The notes beneath the pieces were generated by a model. The model was not told where the DNA came from, searched no databases, and saw nothing but the letters and a program-made list of their open reading frames with translations. Shown one piece after another: positions 32,882-42,837 of a stretch of DNA of 64,000 nucleotides. Within the stretch, counting starts at the first letter, position 1. Each line of letters opens with the position of its first letter. The position numbers were made by a program, and so were the translations under genes. This DNA comes from Barthelona sp. PCE (taxonomy: Eukaryota): NCBI GenBank assembly GCA_040285745.1, contig JAUFOR010000001.1:1116001-1180000 (forward strand), in the 5' to 3' direction.

Positions 32882-34447
32882 TTATTTCTTGTTTCTGCTT
32901 CTGGACCATTCCAGATCGTAGGGCATACCCTTAAAAACAGGTTGCTTTTGCTTAATATTAAGAGCACGAGCAGCTTCTTGTGGAGTAGCATAAGTTAACC
33001 AAGCTTGTCTAGGAGCAGCTCTGGTTTTCCCAGCCTTACCATAACCAAAACTAATCTCCAAGATAGTGAAACCAGTAAAGAACTCTCTAATGTCCAAGTC
33101 TGTTGTTCCATCAGGGAAATCTCTCATATACAGAGTGGAATTCGTTGCATCAGGTGGTAATGAACCATCAGAGCATGTGGCGTGGCCAATGACACGTTGA
33201 TGGACAGGATCCCACTGTAAAGTAGTGTATAAAGTACTCATCGTTTCTGACCAAATCTCAATGTAACGATCATTCATACGCTGTCTATTCTTCGTTAATA
33301 ACACATCTTTCGACTGTTGATCTACGCAATCAATGAGGACACAGCCACTGAAACGGCCGTTTGCTGTTGCTTCAAACACAATACCACCTGGTTTAACAAT
33401 AGCAGGATGTATGAACTTATCAATATCACGGATCGTTACCTTGAAAGGAAGACCGCGCATCTTAACCAGGAACTGGCCTGCCTTAGGGCCCATCGTTGGT
33501 GGGGGCATGATTGGTGCTGCTGGTTGATACTGCATGCGCTGTGGGAAAGGAGGTACACCGCTGCTTTGAGGGGCAAAGTGTGAGGTACGTGCACCATGCA
33601 TCATGTAGTCCATGGGAGGAGCGTTCATGGGAGGAGCATTCATGGGAGGGGCGTTCATGGGAGGAGCATTCATGGGAGGAGCATTCATAGGAGGAGGGTT
33701 CATAGGAGGAGCATTCATGGGAGGGTTTGCGGGTGGCATAGATTTCTGTGTGGGTACAGGCAACTCAATGGTCTGACCGTGCTCAAGCATGATACACACC
33801 AATTGTGCAAGACACTTAGACTCGTGACTGGCGAGAGAAGCAGCTTCAGCGACAACAAAACCTGTACCAGTTGAATAAGGTGAAGATAAAACCTCCTGAC
33901 GAAGCACTGTGATCTTCTGCTTGGTTTCAATCACATCACGCATGTCATGGGTAATAACTCTTTGTACTTCATTACCATCAAAAGCCTCAGTTTCTTGAAA
34001 TTGACTTAACATATCACTAGCAAGTTTTCTACGGAAGAGATCGACGTACTTGAGGTCGAGCTCGGAGGCTATGTCAACAATCATGTTTGGTGCCATTAGT
34101 GCAATGTAACCATCTTCAAGATTAACAGCAACATCAATGGCGTGTCTGTAAAAGATTTCTGCAATGGTCTGTCTGTCGTTGTACATTGCAAAAAGTACGC
34201 TGGATCCATCAAAGAAGGCTTTAATAGCTGTTTGTAAACTATCCAAGGCAAATCTCAATGGTACCTCTGTTTCTCTTACGGTGGAGAATGTGTTGAGGGA
34301 TGTGATGTAGAAATGGTCCTGGAAAACAATATTGTGTGATGAAGTATCGATTAATGTGAAAGCAATATCTGAAATTTCGCGTTTTCTCTCATTGTTCACT
34401 CGCGTCTCAAATGCGACCGCCACAATACCTGCTGGGTGTGAAGGCAT
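32882..34447 (-). CDS. RNA-binding protein with quasi-RRMs (hnRNP F/H-ESRP family) and a possible degenerate N-terminal DEDD-like domain
   Basis: VKMRGLPFKVT...RYIEIW qRRM, a second RRM, MNAPP repeats. Confidence 0.8.
   Translation of the reverse strand: MPSHPAGIVAVAFETRVNNERKREISDIAFTLIDTSSHNIVFQDHFYITSLNTFSTVRETEVPLRFALDSLQTAIKAFFDGSSVLFAMYNDRQTIAEIFYRHAIDVAVNLEDGYIALMAPNMIVDIASELDLKYVDLFRRKLASDMLSQFQETEAFDGNEVQRVITHDMRDVIETKQKITVLRQEVLSSPYSTGTGFVVAEAASLASHESKCLAQLVCIMLEHGQTIELPVPTQKSMPPANPPMNAPPMNPPPMNAPPMNAPPMNAPPMNAPPMNAPPMDYMMHGARTSHFAPQSSGVPPFPQRMQYQPAAPIMPPPTMGPKAGQFLVKMRGLPFKVTIRDIDKFIHPAIVKPGGIVFEATANGRFSGCVLIDCVDQQSKDVLLTKNRQRMNDRYIEIWSETMSTLYTTLQWDPVHQRVIGHATCSDGSLPPDATNSTLYMRDFPDGTTDLDIREFFTGFTILEISFGYGKAGKTRAAPRQAWLTYATPQEAARALNIKQKQPVFKGMPYDLEWSRSRNKK
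33611..33727 (-). repeat. 15-bp coding tandem repeat (MNAPP)
   Basis: catgggaggagc(a/g)tt units. Confidence 0.9.
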
Positions 34448-34847
34448 TTATGTGTGTATGCTTTAAAATGGTAAGAATTGAGAAAGCAATGGTACTGCTT
34501 TTATCTCTTATTTCCAATAGCAATTGTATCGTTTGTCGGGTAAGCGTTGGGATGCAGTATTATTTTTATGTGATTATTGGTTATTGGTAAATTTTTATGG
34601 GTTATTTGTGAATTGCAGTCAGTTTTAGGTTTTTTATTTCTTTAAGAAGTATTGCGGGCATGTATCAGAACTTTTAGAATAAGCTGTAAGGATATAAAAT
34701 AGTATTTGGCGGGCTTGTTTTTTTAACATTTTTGTATGTAGCTATTTAACGCTATTAACATTCTCTATGAATGATTAATTACCACAGGACAAAGAGATTG
34801 TGCTTTAAAATATAAGCAATTTGAACACTCTGTTTACACTATAGAAG

Positions 34848-35273
34848 CTATTCGATTTCAAGCTCTTCAATATCTTCAATATCGAAATCATCAAGGTCGT
34901 ACTCTCCTTCTGGAGATGGCGGCATGCCAATAATAAATTCACTTTCATCATATTCAGCGGTTAAATCTTCAACTTCAACAGGTACGTGCTCAAGATCAAT
35001 GAGTTCATCGTCAGCAAGCTCGGATCTAGTCCATTGCCATGTACGAATTAATTGGAACAAAGAGGAACCAAGGAGAACGGCCAAAAGTGCGCCAATAACC
35101 CATAAGGGTACTGTGGGCTTGTCTTCGGGCTTAGCATTCTAAATGTAAGTGACGTGCATATTTAATGTATCTCTACATACCTCACGAATGGTTTTCTTAG
35201 AAAGACCAAGATTCTTTAAAGCCTTGTCGCTTTGGGCAGCAGCAGCTTTGGAAAAGGTACGAGGGGTTCCCAT
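34848..35273 (-). CDS. SERP1/RAMP4-like ER membrane protein with an acidic extension; exons 35273-35181 and 35138-34848
   Basis: The 42-nt intron GTATGT...CTTACATTTAG (35139-35180) joins ...KKTIRE|NAKPEDKPTVPLWVIGALLAVLLGSSLFQLIR, matching the RAMP4 pattern. Confidence 0.78.
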
Positions 35274-35461
35274 GATGTCCAATAGATAGGGGTGTGAAAA
35301 GGAAAAACAGCTCTGACAAAACACTTTCCTCACTGCATCACCCAATCAACAGAACACGGCTATCCTGATGGATGATATGGATGTCATATGGAAGTTTCAG
35401 AGGATTATATATACAGATAACCTGTTTATGATCTTTTACTCCATTTCTTAACACATTTAAC

Positions 35462-35968
35462 ATGAGCACAACTAAAGAGGTCGAAACCACTGAGAAAGCA
35501 ACGGGCTTCTCATTTGATATTGCACAAGTTATCGATAACATCACTTCAAAACATCTTTCAACACAGAATTCAGCAAAACCTATTCTTTCAAAGTCTAGAT
35601 CATCGGCACACAAGATCGACCAGGCAAGGAAGGAATACAAGGTGAAGAAGGAACTGATCCGACTACGAAAAGAAAAATTACGCAAGGATCATGTTGATGT
35701 TGATCAATGGGATAAGAAGAGCGAACGGAGGTATCGTAAGAATGCAACAAAGGGTGTTGTTCAGTTGTTAAATACTATTCAACAGTACAAAATGAATGGA
35801 GCTCGACCAGCTTCAAACAGTAATATTCTTCAACATTTGTTAGATAAAGTACATTCTCACAGTGCCCAAGACAATGGCCACGGGCGTGAACCACCAAAAA
35901 AGAAGCAGAAGAAGAGCTGGAACGCACTTAATGAAAAAACTGATCTTTTTTCAGATCTTATGGAGTAG
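35462..35968 (+). CDS. RRP15: Rrp15-like ribosome biogenesis protein
   Basis: ERRYRKNATKGVVQLLNTI motif and C-terminal KKSWNAL. Confidence 0.75.
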   Translation: MSTTKEVETTEKATGFSFDIAQVIDNITSKHLSTQNSAKPILSKSRSSAHKIDQARKEYKVKKELIRLRKEKLRKDHVDVDQWDKKSERRYRKNATKGVVQLLNTIQQYKMNGARPASNSNILQHLLDKVHSHSAQDNGHGREPPKKKQKKSWNALNEKTDLFSDLME

Positions 35969-36121
35969 GTTTTTGATTGATTCTACTACACAGGCTAAGC
36001 AGACAACTATTCTCATCAATAAATTTAAATGAAATAGCTCACATTATTAGAGTCTTGTTTTATTATCATCACCTCTTTCCATTCTATATTTGTCTTAGAA
36101 CTGATTGAAACTTGAAAACAG

Positions 36122-38179
36122 ATGAGCAGAAAGGAAGGAGACGATACTTTAGCGATATGCAAGGGACTTGTCTACTTTTTTATATTTTACGCATTCTTTA
36201 GTTATGCATCTTACTTCTCACGGCCTCATACACCTGCATACTTCTTCATAGACTCATTGAAGGACCTGTTTCTGTATGAGGAATTCCCAGAGGAATCTAC
36301 CCATATTTATAAATCATTTGGAGATGTTCAAACGTATGAAGAGATGTATCAATACATCGAGGGCCCACTTCTAGGTGGGTTGTATGTATCAGAAGATTAT
36401 GCGGGAAATCCTCTTCCAGATACCAAAAAGAATAAGTATCTTTATGGCATTGATCTGGTAACCTCCGCAGTGCGTATGACACAGGTGCGAATCAAAAACG
36501 GGTCCTGTGAAGTACCAGATCTATTTAAGGAGTCAATATTTGATTGCTCAGTTGATTATACATCAAAATCTGAAGATACTGAAGATTTTCGCTTTTTTTA
36601 CAATGAATCAACATTTACACCAAATGAAACTATCCCATATTCACATCAGAACCCTTGGACTTGGCATTCATCTTCTGAATTGAAAGGTTTATCATATCAA
36701 GGAAGGCAATTTTCATATCCCGGTTCCGGTTATATAGTTGATCTCCCACCAGATGCAGACATGGCACTGGAGGTAGTGCGCTATCTACAGGAGAACCAAT
36801 GGGTGGATGATCATACACGAGTCTTATTTATTGATTTCACTGTTTATAATGCAAATTTGAACCTATTTGCAGTGATTAGATTGGCTTTTGAGCACACAGC
36901 GGGTGGAGCGGTGTTTCCGACTTCAACTTTCAGATGTCTACGACTAATTCGAAACCTAACTAGAGATGACACTATAGTTTTTTTTGTAGAAATTGCAACT
37001 GTATGTTTTGCTTTTATTCTTTTTTTAAATATGATTAGAAAGGTATGGAAGTACGGGTTCAGGGGTTTCATAAAGAGAAACTTGTGGAATATGCTGGATA
37101 TTATGATTATTACGGTTTATATAACGATTGTAGCATTAAGACTGATGGTGAATAGCGCAATATCTGATCAATTGGACCACTTTGATCCCACAGATCTATG
37201 GAAATACACAAATTTCCAAGATACTGGATTCATTATGAATCAAGAGCTCAATGTTTTGAGTGTGTTGAATTTTTTGATGACATTCAGGTGGTTTAGATAT
37301 GTAACAGTCTCACGCCGTCTTGCCCAGCTAATGCTGGTGTTGCAGGTTGCAGCAGGAGATCTGATATCTTTAATCATAGTAATGGCAATAGTTTTTTGGG
37401 GTTATGTCTCCATGGGACAAATTGCATTCGGTATTGATGTATCAGAGTTTAGGAACATTGCTCAATCTGCGTTAACATTATTCAGAGCTGCTTTAGGTGA
37501 TGTAGACTTCCAACCCTTATATGATGCAAATCGATTTTTAGGACCTGTTTTTTACATTTCTTTCATGTTCTTAATGTTATTGGTGCTGTTAAACATGCTC
37601 ATCGGTATCCTGGGTGATACATATACAGTTGTCCGGGAGCAAATTGCTAATGATCCAGATGTGTTATTAGATTCCATTGTTAAATATTTCAAACAATCTT
37701 TTATTGGTCGTAAGCTGTTGGGAGAGCCCGATATGGAGTGGGTGTCCAATAAGCTGTTGTCTTTTGATATGATCGACAAAGACAACGATAATAAGATCTC
37801 GTTGGCTGAGCTGCGTGGTATCCGAAATGATCATCGTGAGGCGTTTTGTAAGGCGTTTGGTCGCAACGCAACAGCAGTCGAAGTGCTCGGGCTGTTTGAT
37901 AAGGACGGTGATGGGTTCTTGCAGGAGAAAGAATTTGAAAAACTGAAAGCGCAACTTATTCAGGCTAAAAAAGATGTTCAGGAGGAAAAAACCATGAAAG
38001 AATGGCGTAAAGTGCAACTGGAGAACTACAAAAAGGGAAGAGATGTCAGTAGCGTAATGCAACAAAACCAGCAGAGCATGGTGGTTTTGATGCGCCAGAT
38101 TTCAGAGCTAAGAGAGCAGGTGGGCTCGCTGCAGGTGCAAATTGCAGAGTCACAGAGACATCAAAGGTATAATCGTTAG
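36122..38179 (+). CDS. PKD2: Polycystin-2 (TRPP) cation channel with EF-hands
   Basis: WVDDHTRVLFIDFTVYNANLNLF, six TM segments, LLNMLIGILGDTY, EF loops DKDNDNKIS and DKDGDGFL, coiled-coil tail. Confidence 0.93.
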   Translation: MSRKEGDDTLAICKGLVYFFIFYAFFSYASYFSRPHTPAYFFIDSLKDLFLYEEFPEESTHIYKSFGDVQTYEEMYQYIEGPLLGGLYVSEDYAGNPLPDTKKNKYLYGIDLVTSAVRMTQVRIKNGSCEVPDLFKESIFDCSVDYTSKSEDTEDFRFFYNESTFTPNETIPYSHQNPWTWHSSSELKGLSYQGRQFSYPGSGYIVDLPPDADMALEVVRYLQENQWVDDHTRVLFIDFTVYNANLNLFAVIRLAFEHTAGGAVFPTSTFRCLRLIRNLTRDDTIVFFVEIATVCFAFILFLNMIRKVWKYGFRGFIKRNLWNMLDIMIITVYITIVALRLMVNSAISDQLDHFDPTDLWKYTNFQDTGFIMNQELNVLSVLNFLMTFRWFRYVTVSRRLAQLMLVLQVAAGDLISLIIVMAIVFWGYVSMGQIAFGIDVSEFRNIAQSALTLFRAALGDVDFQPLYDANRFLGPVFYISFMFLMLLVLLNMLIGILGDTYTVVREQIANDPDVLLDSIVKYFKQSFIGRKLLGEPDMEWVSNKLLSFDMIDKDNDNKISLAELRGIRNDHREAFCKAFGRNATAVEVLGLFDKDGDGFLQEKEFEKLKAQLIQAKKDVQEEKTMKEWRKVQLENYKKGRDVSSVMQQNQQSMVVLMRQISELREQVGSLQVQIAESQRHQRYNR

Positions 38180-38515
38180 TGATTGTCCAGTAAAATCGTT
38201 TCACATTTTCGTGTATACGGAACACTTTAGTGAATTTCACATACGTTCTACTGTTCAAATTAATTACAAACATGAATGAGTCTCGAGAATAAAATTATGA
38301 ATTCTTCGCGATAATAGTGAAAATGAAAAAACATATAATGAAAAGAAATATCATTTTGAATAATCCAACATCCTTACTTCATGATCATTTTCTCAAGAAT
38401 TGCACATTATATGTGATTATTGCGAGCCATATTCATCAGATATGTAGTTTTTATAGGTGATGTGATTATCAAAAGAGTAGTAATCGTATTCTCAATTTCT
38501 ACCTCTAATTCAGGA

Positions 38516-40135
38516 ATGAATCACTCAGCAATGAAATCAGGAAAGGCTGCTCGTGATGTCCTCCATCAGTTCAGGGATGCAGAGTACAACCCAATTGATC
38601 TTTTATTGGAGTTGATAAAGGGTTCAGGTGAAAGCGATCTTGAAAGCGTCTTACTCGCTGAAATCGAGCGCAAGGAGGCGGTACTTGCTTCGTGCGACAG
38701 GCACTTGGACGTTCACGTTGAGTCCTGCTTGAAGCAGAGCGAAGATTCAAGGCCTTTGTTACATCGTCTCAAAAACCAGCTTAAAGACGTCCGTGAGGCC
38801 TTTATGAGTCAGAAGGATGAGATTCACAAGATAACTCACCTCACACCCGACTTCTCCGCACTGCAACCTAATGCTATTGCTGTTCGTAACATCAGCGCTT
38901 GTATTGCAGTGGTTAAACAACACACATCAGCCACATCACTCATCAGTGGTGTTGAGATGGCGTTGGAAAACAACGATACTCTATTTGATATTTTGAAACT
39001 GCTTGAAGATCTGCCTGATCAATCAAAAATTAGCGCAGGGTTGCTCCCCAAGTACAAAAGGCTCGGGCATGCATTATCTATGCGTTTTCGTAGTGCTTTT
39101 GAGGTAAAAGAAGCATTAAAGTTTTTTGATGCATTAAGAAAATTTAGACTTGAAAACGATGTGGTAGAAATGGCTGACGCTCAGAATGCAGTCCCAACAG
39201 GCATTGCCGAGCTACTGGATTGTGTTGAATCACTGCATGAGTTGTATGGCGACACTGTACTCTTTAATAAGTGTGTTTCTTTGATGATGAAGCGCGTCTC
39301 TCTCTCAACTATGTGGGAGGGCGCAAATTTCGCCGAAGCATGGGAGCGTAAGTCTCTAATCGAGAAGATATGCCCACAAATTGAGGTTGTATACGTTTCT
39401 GGCCTCTCCGTCTTTCAGAAAAGTATACGCCTTGAATTCGCACAAGCAGCCGTCACAAGCATCACAGAGAATGCCGTTACAGTGAAGGATGTGCAATCTC
39501 TGCTGACTTTTCTTGATTACATAGTTGATATACCTGATAAATTAGTGAATCTTATTAAGGCTTATGCCACGCTGCCCAAGGGCCCTCTGGTTAATGTTAT
39601 CTTGTTAGAATATAACAGGGTTCAGGGCATTATCGGAAATGTCCTAAGGAGTATATTTTCAAGTTTACCATCATTTGATGTACCTAAAACCCCATTATCT
39701 TTTTCTGTGTCGTCCGAGGAGGCGTTTGAAGTGTGTTTATTATGTGCAAAAACAGTTTTGGAAATTGATTATGTTAGCCCTCTTCTTACCATTTATCCTG
39801 TCGAAGCAGGTAATATAAATTGGGCATGGGACACGGTTCTCGCTCATTTCAATGGAACAACGCTTGTTACAGCTCTAGAAGAAACTATTAGTTCGAAACG
39901 TACATTTGTATTAGCAGACTATTTGTTGAGTTTAGTTGAAATTATTAGTTTAAAAGATGAAAAAATTAACAACATGCTTCTACGTAGAGCAACTATATTA
40001 ATCACAAAGCGTTTTGCAGATGAATATGAAAGTATTAAGATGCCTGAAGTTGAATATTTGTTAACCATCACTAATACTCTTAATATGCCTATTCATACTG
40101 ATTTAGAAGCAGCAATTGCAGTCAAAGGGACATAG
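38516..40135 (+). CDS. Helical tethering-complex-like protein, possibly Vps53-like
   Basis: N-terminal YNPIDLL and coiled coil ending ...AVRNISACI resemble Vps53_N; tentative. Confidence 0.5.
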   Translation: MNHSAMKSGKAARDVLHQFRDAEYNPIDLLLELIKGSGESDLESVLLAEIERKEAVLASCDRHLDVHVESCLKQSEDSRPLLHRLKNQLKDVREAFMSQKDEIHKITHLTPDFSALQPNAIAVRNISACIAVVKQHTSATSLISGVEMALENNDTLFDILKLLEDLPDQSKISAGLLPKYKRLGHALSMRFRSAFEVKEALKFFDALRKFRLENDVVEMADAQNAVPTGIAELLDCVESLHELYGDTVLFNKCVSLMMKRVSLSTMWEGANFAEAWERKSLIEKICPQIEVVYVSGLSVFQKSIRLEFAQAAVTSITENAVTVKDVQSLLTFLDYIVDIPDKLVNLIKAYATLPKGPLVNVILLEYNRVQGIIGNVLRSIFSSLPSFDVPKTPLSFSVSSEEAFEVCLLCAKTVLEIDYVSPLLTIYPVEAGNINWAWDTVLAHFNGTTLVTALEETISSKRTFVLADYLLSLVEIISLKDEKINNMLLRRATILITKRFADEYESIKMPEVEYLLTITNTLNMPIHTDLEAAIAVKGT

Positions 40136-40546
40136 AGGAGTATCTCCACCTTTTCCAACATTCATTTGTTCCAAGGCATAAATTTCTAAACCTTCTTCGT
40201 TTTTATACATTGGTCTTCCAATTTGATTTTGAGAACCATTAAATGCGAATTTTTGTAAGTCCTTTGGGAGTTCTTTAACCCAACCAGGTTTGTTTTTCTC
40301 TAATAGTTCATTAATATCTTCTTCGGTAGCAAAAAGTCCATCAACATCGATATCATTATCATTATCTAGATTTTCAACAACTGGAGGTTCAGGCGTCTTC
40401 TTCTTCTGTGTAAACAATGCTTCTAATTCATCTAAATCAGCATCAAAAACTTTCTTTTGCTTTGTTTTGGTACGTTTGTTCTTTTTAACGGATGGTTTCA
40501 TATGATCAGCGTTTTTCTTTGGTTTTCGGTTTGTGTTCTTGCCCAT
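40103..40546 (-). CDS. DUF1764-family protein
   Basis: C-terminal EEGLEIY...GGDTPLCPFDCNCCF signature. Confidence 0.88.
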   Translation of the reverse strand: MGKNTNRKPKKNADHMKPSVKKNKRTKTKQKKVFDADLDELEALFTQKKKTPEPPVVENLDNDNDIDVDGLFATEEDINELLEKNKPGWVKELPKDLQKFAFNGSQNQIGRPMYKNEEGLEIYALEQMNVGKGGDTPLCPFDCNCCF

Positions 40547-40646
40547 TTCAGTGTAAAACAATGAATAAAGAGGTGTTATTAAAAAAACCATCTATTTCAA
40601 CCGTAATTTTAGGTTTATTTCGCATTTGTAGGGCTAATACCATGCA

Positions 40647-42833
40647 ATGATCCCAAAAGCAATCGAAGTTTGTCGAAAAAACATTCAGGAACATAAGAAA
40701 GAGTTGAAAGAATTCCTCTCCTCTGATACACAAGAAGTAGAAGATGCTTCGGCGAATGTACGCCAGCTGCAGGAGGATATCCTGAGGCTAAACATTGAAT
40801 ACGAGGAACGTAGGCTGGTTGTTTTAGAACAAGGAATTGCTTCATCAGTTGAACGAGCTCTAATGCGAGTTGCCGAGGACACTCAGCTGCTCACCACACA
40901 GGAGGCGCTGCGGGAAAAGGAACATCAACTGGACAAGGCATCATTCAAGCAACGCAGACTCTTGAATTCAAAAATGGACTTTTCTTTTTCTGGTTTAGAG
41001 CTTGATACATTGTACACTGCTGTAGAGAACTTTGTTAACGAAGGCCGCATTAAGCTTACATTGGATAAACAGATAGCTAAAGCGACAAACCCAGATCGGT
41101 CAGGGTTCAATCCCAGTTCAATTCCAAGTCTGTTAAGACAGCTTGCACAGGTTTACATGAGCAATACAGACGAGGAGGTGCCGTATGATGATGTCTATCT
41201 TGTTTGTGAGCGATATTTTTTTTCCCGCTGCGATTTACTTTTTGATGAAATTGCTCAGGATGATGTAGTTCAAAGGAAAGATGCTGTACTGGGGGAGAGG
41301 TACACAGAGTTTCTGGGTTTGAATCAAGAACAATTAGGCATTAGACCTCAGTTTAGAGACGAAGCAATCATTCCCTTTTGTGCTGCTATCACTAAGTTAC
41401 AATTGGTGTCGTTGGCCAACACGCCGGGGGACAAGATGGTAGCGCTGTTGGCAACCGCCCAAGCTATATTTACGAGGTTACAAGAATTCAGTACTGATTT
41501 AGTTGGTGCTGATGACTTTGCAACTCTTTTTATTTATGTTATTGTTCATTCACATGTTCCTCGCATTTACAGTGATTTCCAATTTATGTTTACTTACAAA
41601 CCAGAGTTTTCAGATATTAATGAAAGTGATTATGTTTTGACGAGTCTTGAATTCGCTCTAGAATATCTTATAGGTATGGATCCAGGTGATATCCCGGAGT
41701 TAACGTCGACATTTGCTGAACATATAATATTAATGCCGCGTTTTAATCAACATCTTTCAGCACTCTTTGATTTAGTGCAAAAAGATGTAGTAATTAATGA
41801 TTTTTCATTTTTATTACCAATGGAATGGTGTCAGAACCCAAAACATCCCAGCAAGGCTGTTATACAGAGAGATCCAGGATCTTCAATTACCGTTGATGCT
41901 GTGAAATTGAAGCAATTACCACTACAGACTTTGAATCATATAGAACAAACATTAATCAGCCCTAGCGACGCCTGGTTGTCATGTGAGACCGCTATTACTG
42001 AAATCAATGGTGTGGAAAGAAAGTGTGTAGCAACCGTTGCTAACAGGCTTCTAGCCCCACCCTCTGTTATATTTACAGCAGGACCTGACTTGGAGTCGAG
42101 CATCCTGCGCCTGGAGATTATATGTTCTGTTACTAATGCAGGATGGTTAGTCAATCCTCGTGATGCTTTTGATGATGACTCCAATTTGTTGAAAAAGCTT
42201 GCTTCACGTTTTAGTTGCACCTTGGAAAAAGCCCCAGAAGCGCTTGTCCAACATGTTAAACGTATCCAACACTTCTTACAGTTGCTGGATTGCTGGCCGT
42301 TGTTCACCCCTTTATCCGGTTCGTTTGATTCGTTGACCCTGTTCGCCTGCAAGCGCTTTCGCACAAGGTATGAGAAGTACTTCTCAGACAGACTTATGTT
42401 GAAACCTTATCGTTTAACAGAGACCTTTTTGCATCCACAGTTCCACGACGCATTGTACGTTGTTTCAATGGGACTATGCGACCGTTTGAGCGTTGTCATG
42501 AACCTCCCTGCCGCGTGTGGAACCCCACAGATGACGACCGCGCTGCGTGCGTTCCAGGTCAGAGAGAATTTGCCAGACACAGGTCAATTCACCCATGAAA
42601 CAACGAAGCGACTGTTCTGCAGTCTACTCGACCTATACACAGAGCGCAGCAGCTACTATGCACCAATTCCACCGTTGCCTATGTCGTTACAACAATCAGA
42701 GATTGATTGCAGTGAATCACATCTTTCAATGATCAGACAAGTGCAGTCCCTTCGCACAGAACGTAAGACTCCCTCTGCAGGGACCGCAGCAACCGGTACT
42801 GTAGAAGATGATATGTTTGCCATAGAGCTATAA
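40647..42833 (+). CDS. VPS9-domain Rab5 GEF with a C-terminal STB6-like / PGBD-like region
   Basis: TPGDKM, VGADDFATLFIYVIV, ESDYVLTSLEFAL; later TALRAFQVRENLPDTGQFTHET. Confidence 0.85.
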   Translation: MIPKAIEVCRKNIQEHKKELKEFLSSDTQEVEDASANVRQLQEDILRLNIEYEERRLVVLEQGIASSVERALMRVAEDTQLLTTQEALREKEHQLDKASFKQRRLLNSKMDFSFSGLELDTLYTAVENFVNEGRIKLTLDKQIAKATNPDRSGFNPSSIPSLLRQLAQVYMSNTDEEVPYDDVYLVCERYFFSRCDLLFDEIAQDDVVQRKDAVLGERYTEFLGLNQEQLGIRPQFRDEAIIPFCAAITKLQLVSLANTPGDKMVALLATAQAIFTRLQEFSTDLVGADDFATLFIYVIVHSHVPRIYSDFQFMFTYKPEFSDINESDYVLTSLEFALEYLIGMDPGDIPELTSTFAEHIILMPRFNQHLSALFDLVQKDVVINDFSFLLPMEWCQNPKHPSKAVIQRDPGSSITVDAVKLKQLPLQTLNHIEQTLISPSDAWLSCETAITEINGVERKCVATVANRLLAPPSVIFTAGPDLESSILRLEIICSVTNAGWLVNPRDAFDDDSNLLKKLASRFSCTLEKAPEALVQHVKRIQHFLQLLDCWPLFTPLSGSFDSLTLFACKRFRTRYEKYFSDRLMLKPYRLTETFLHPQFHDALYVVSMGLCDRLSVVMNLPAACGTPQMTTALRAFQVRENLPDTGQFTHETTKRLFCSLLDLYTERSSYYAPIPPLPMSLQQSEIDCSESHLSMIRQVQSLRTERKTPSAGTAATGTVEDDMFAIEL

Positions 42834-42837
42834 GTGT

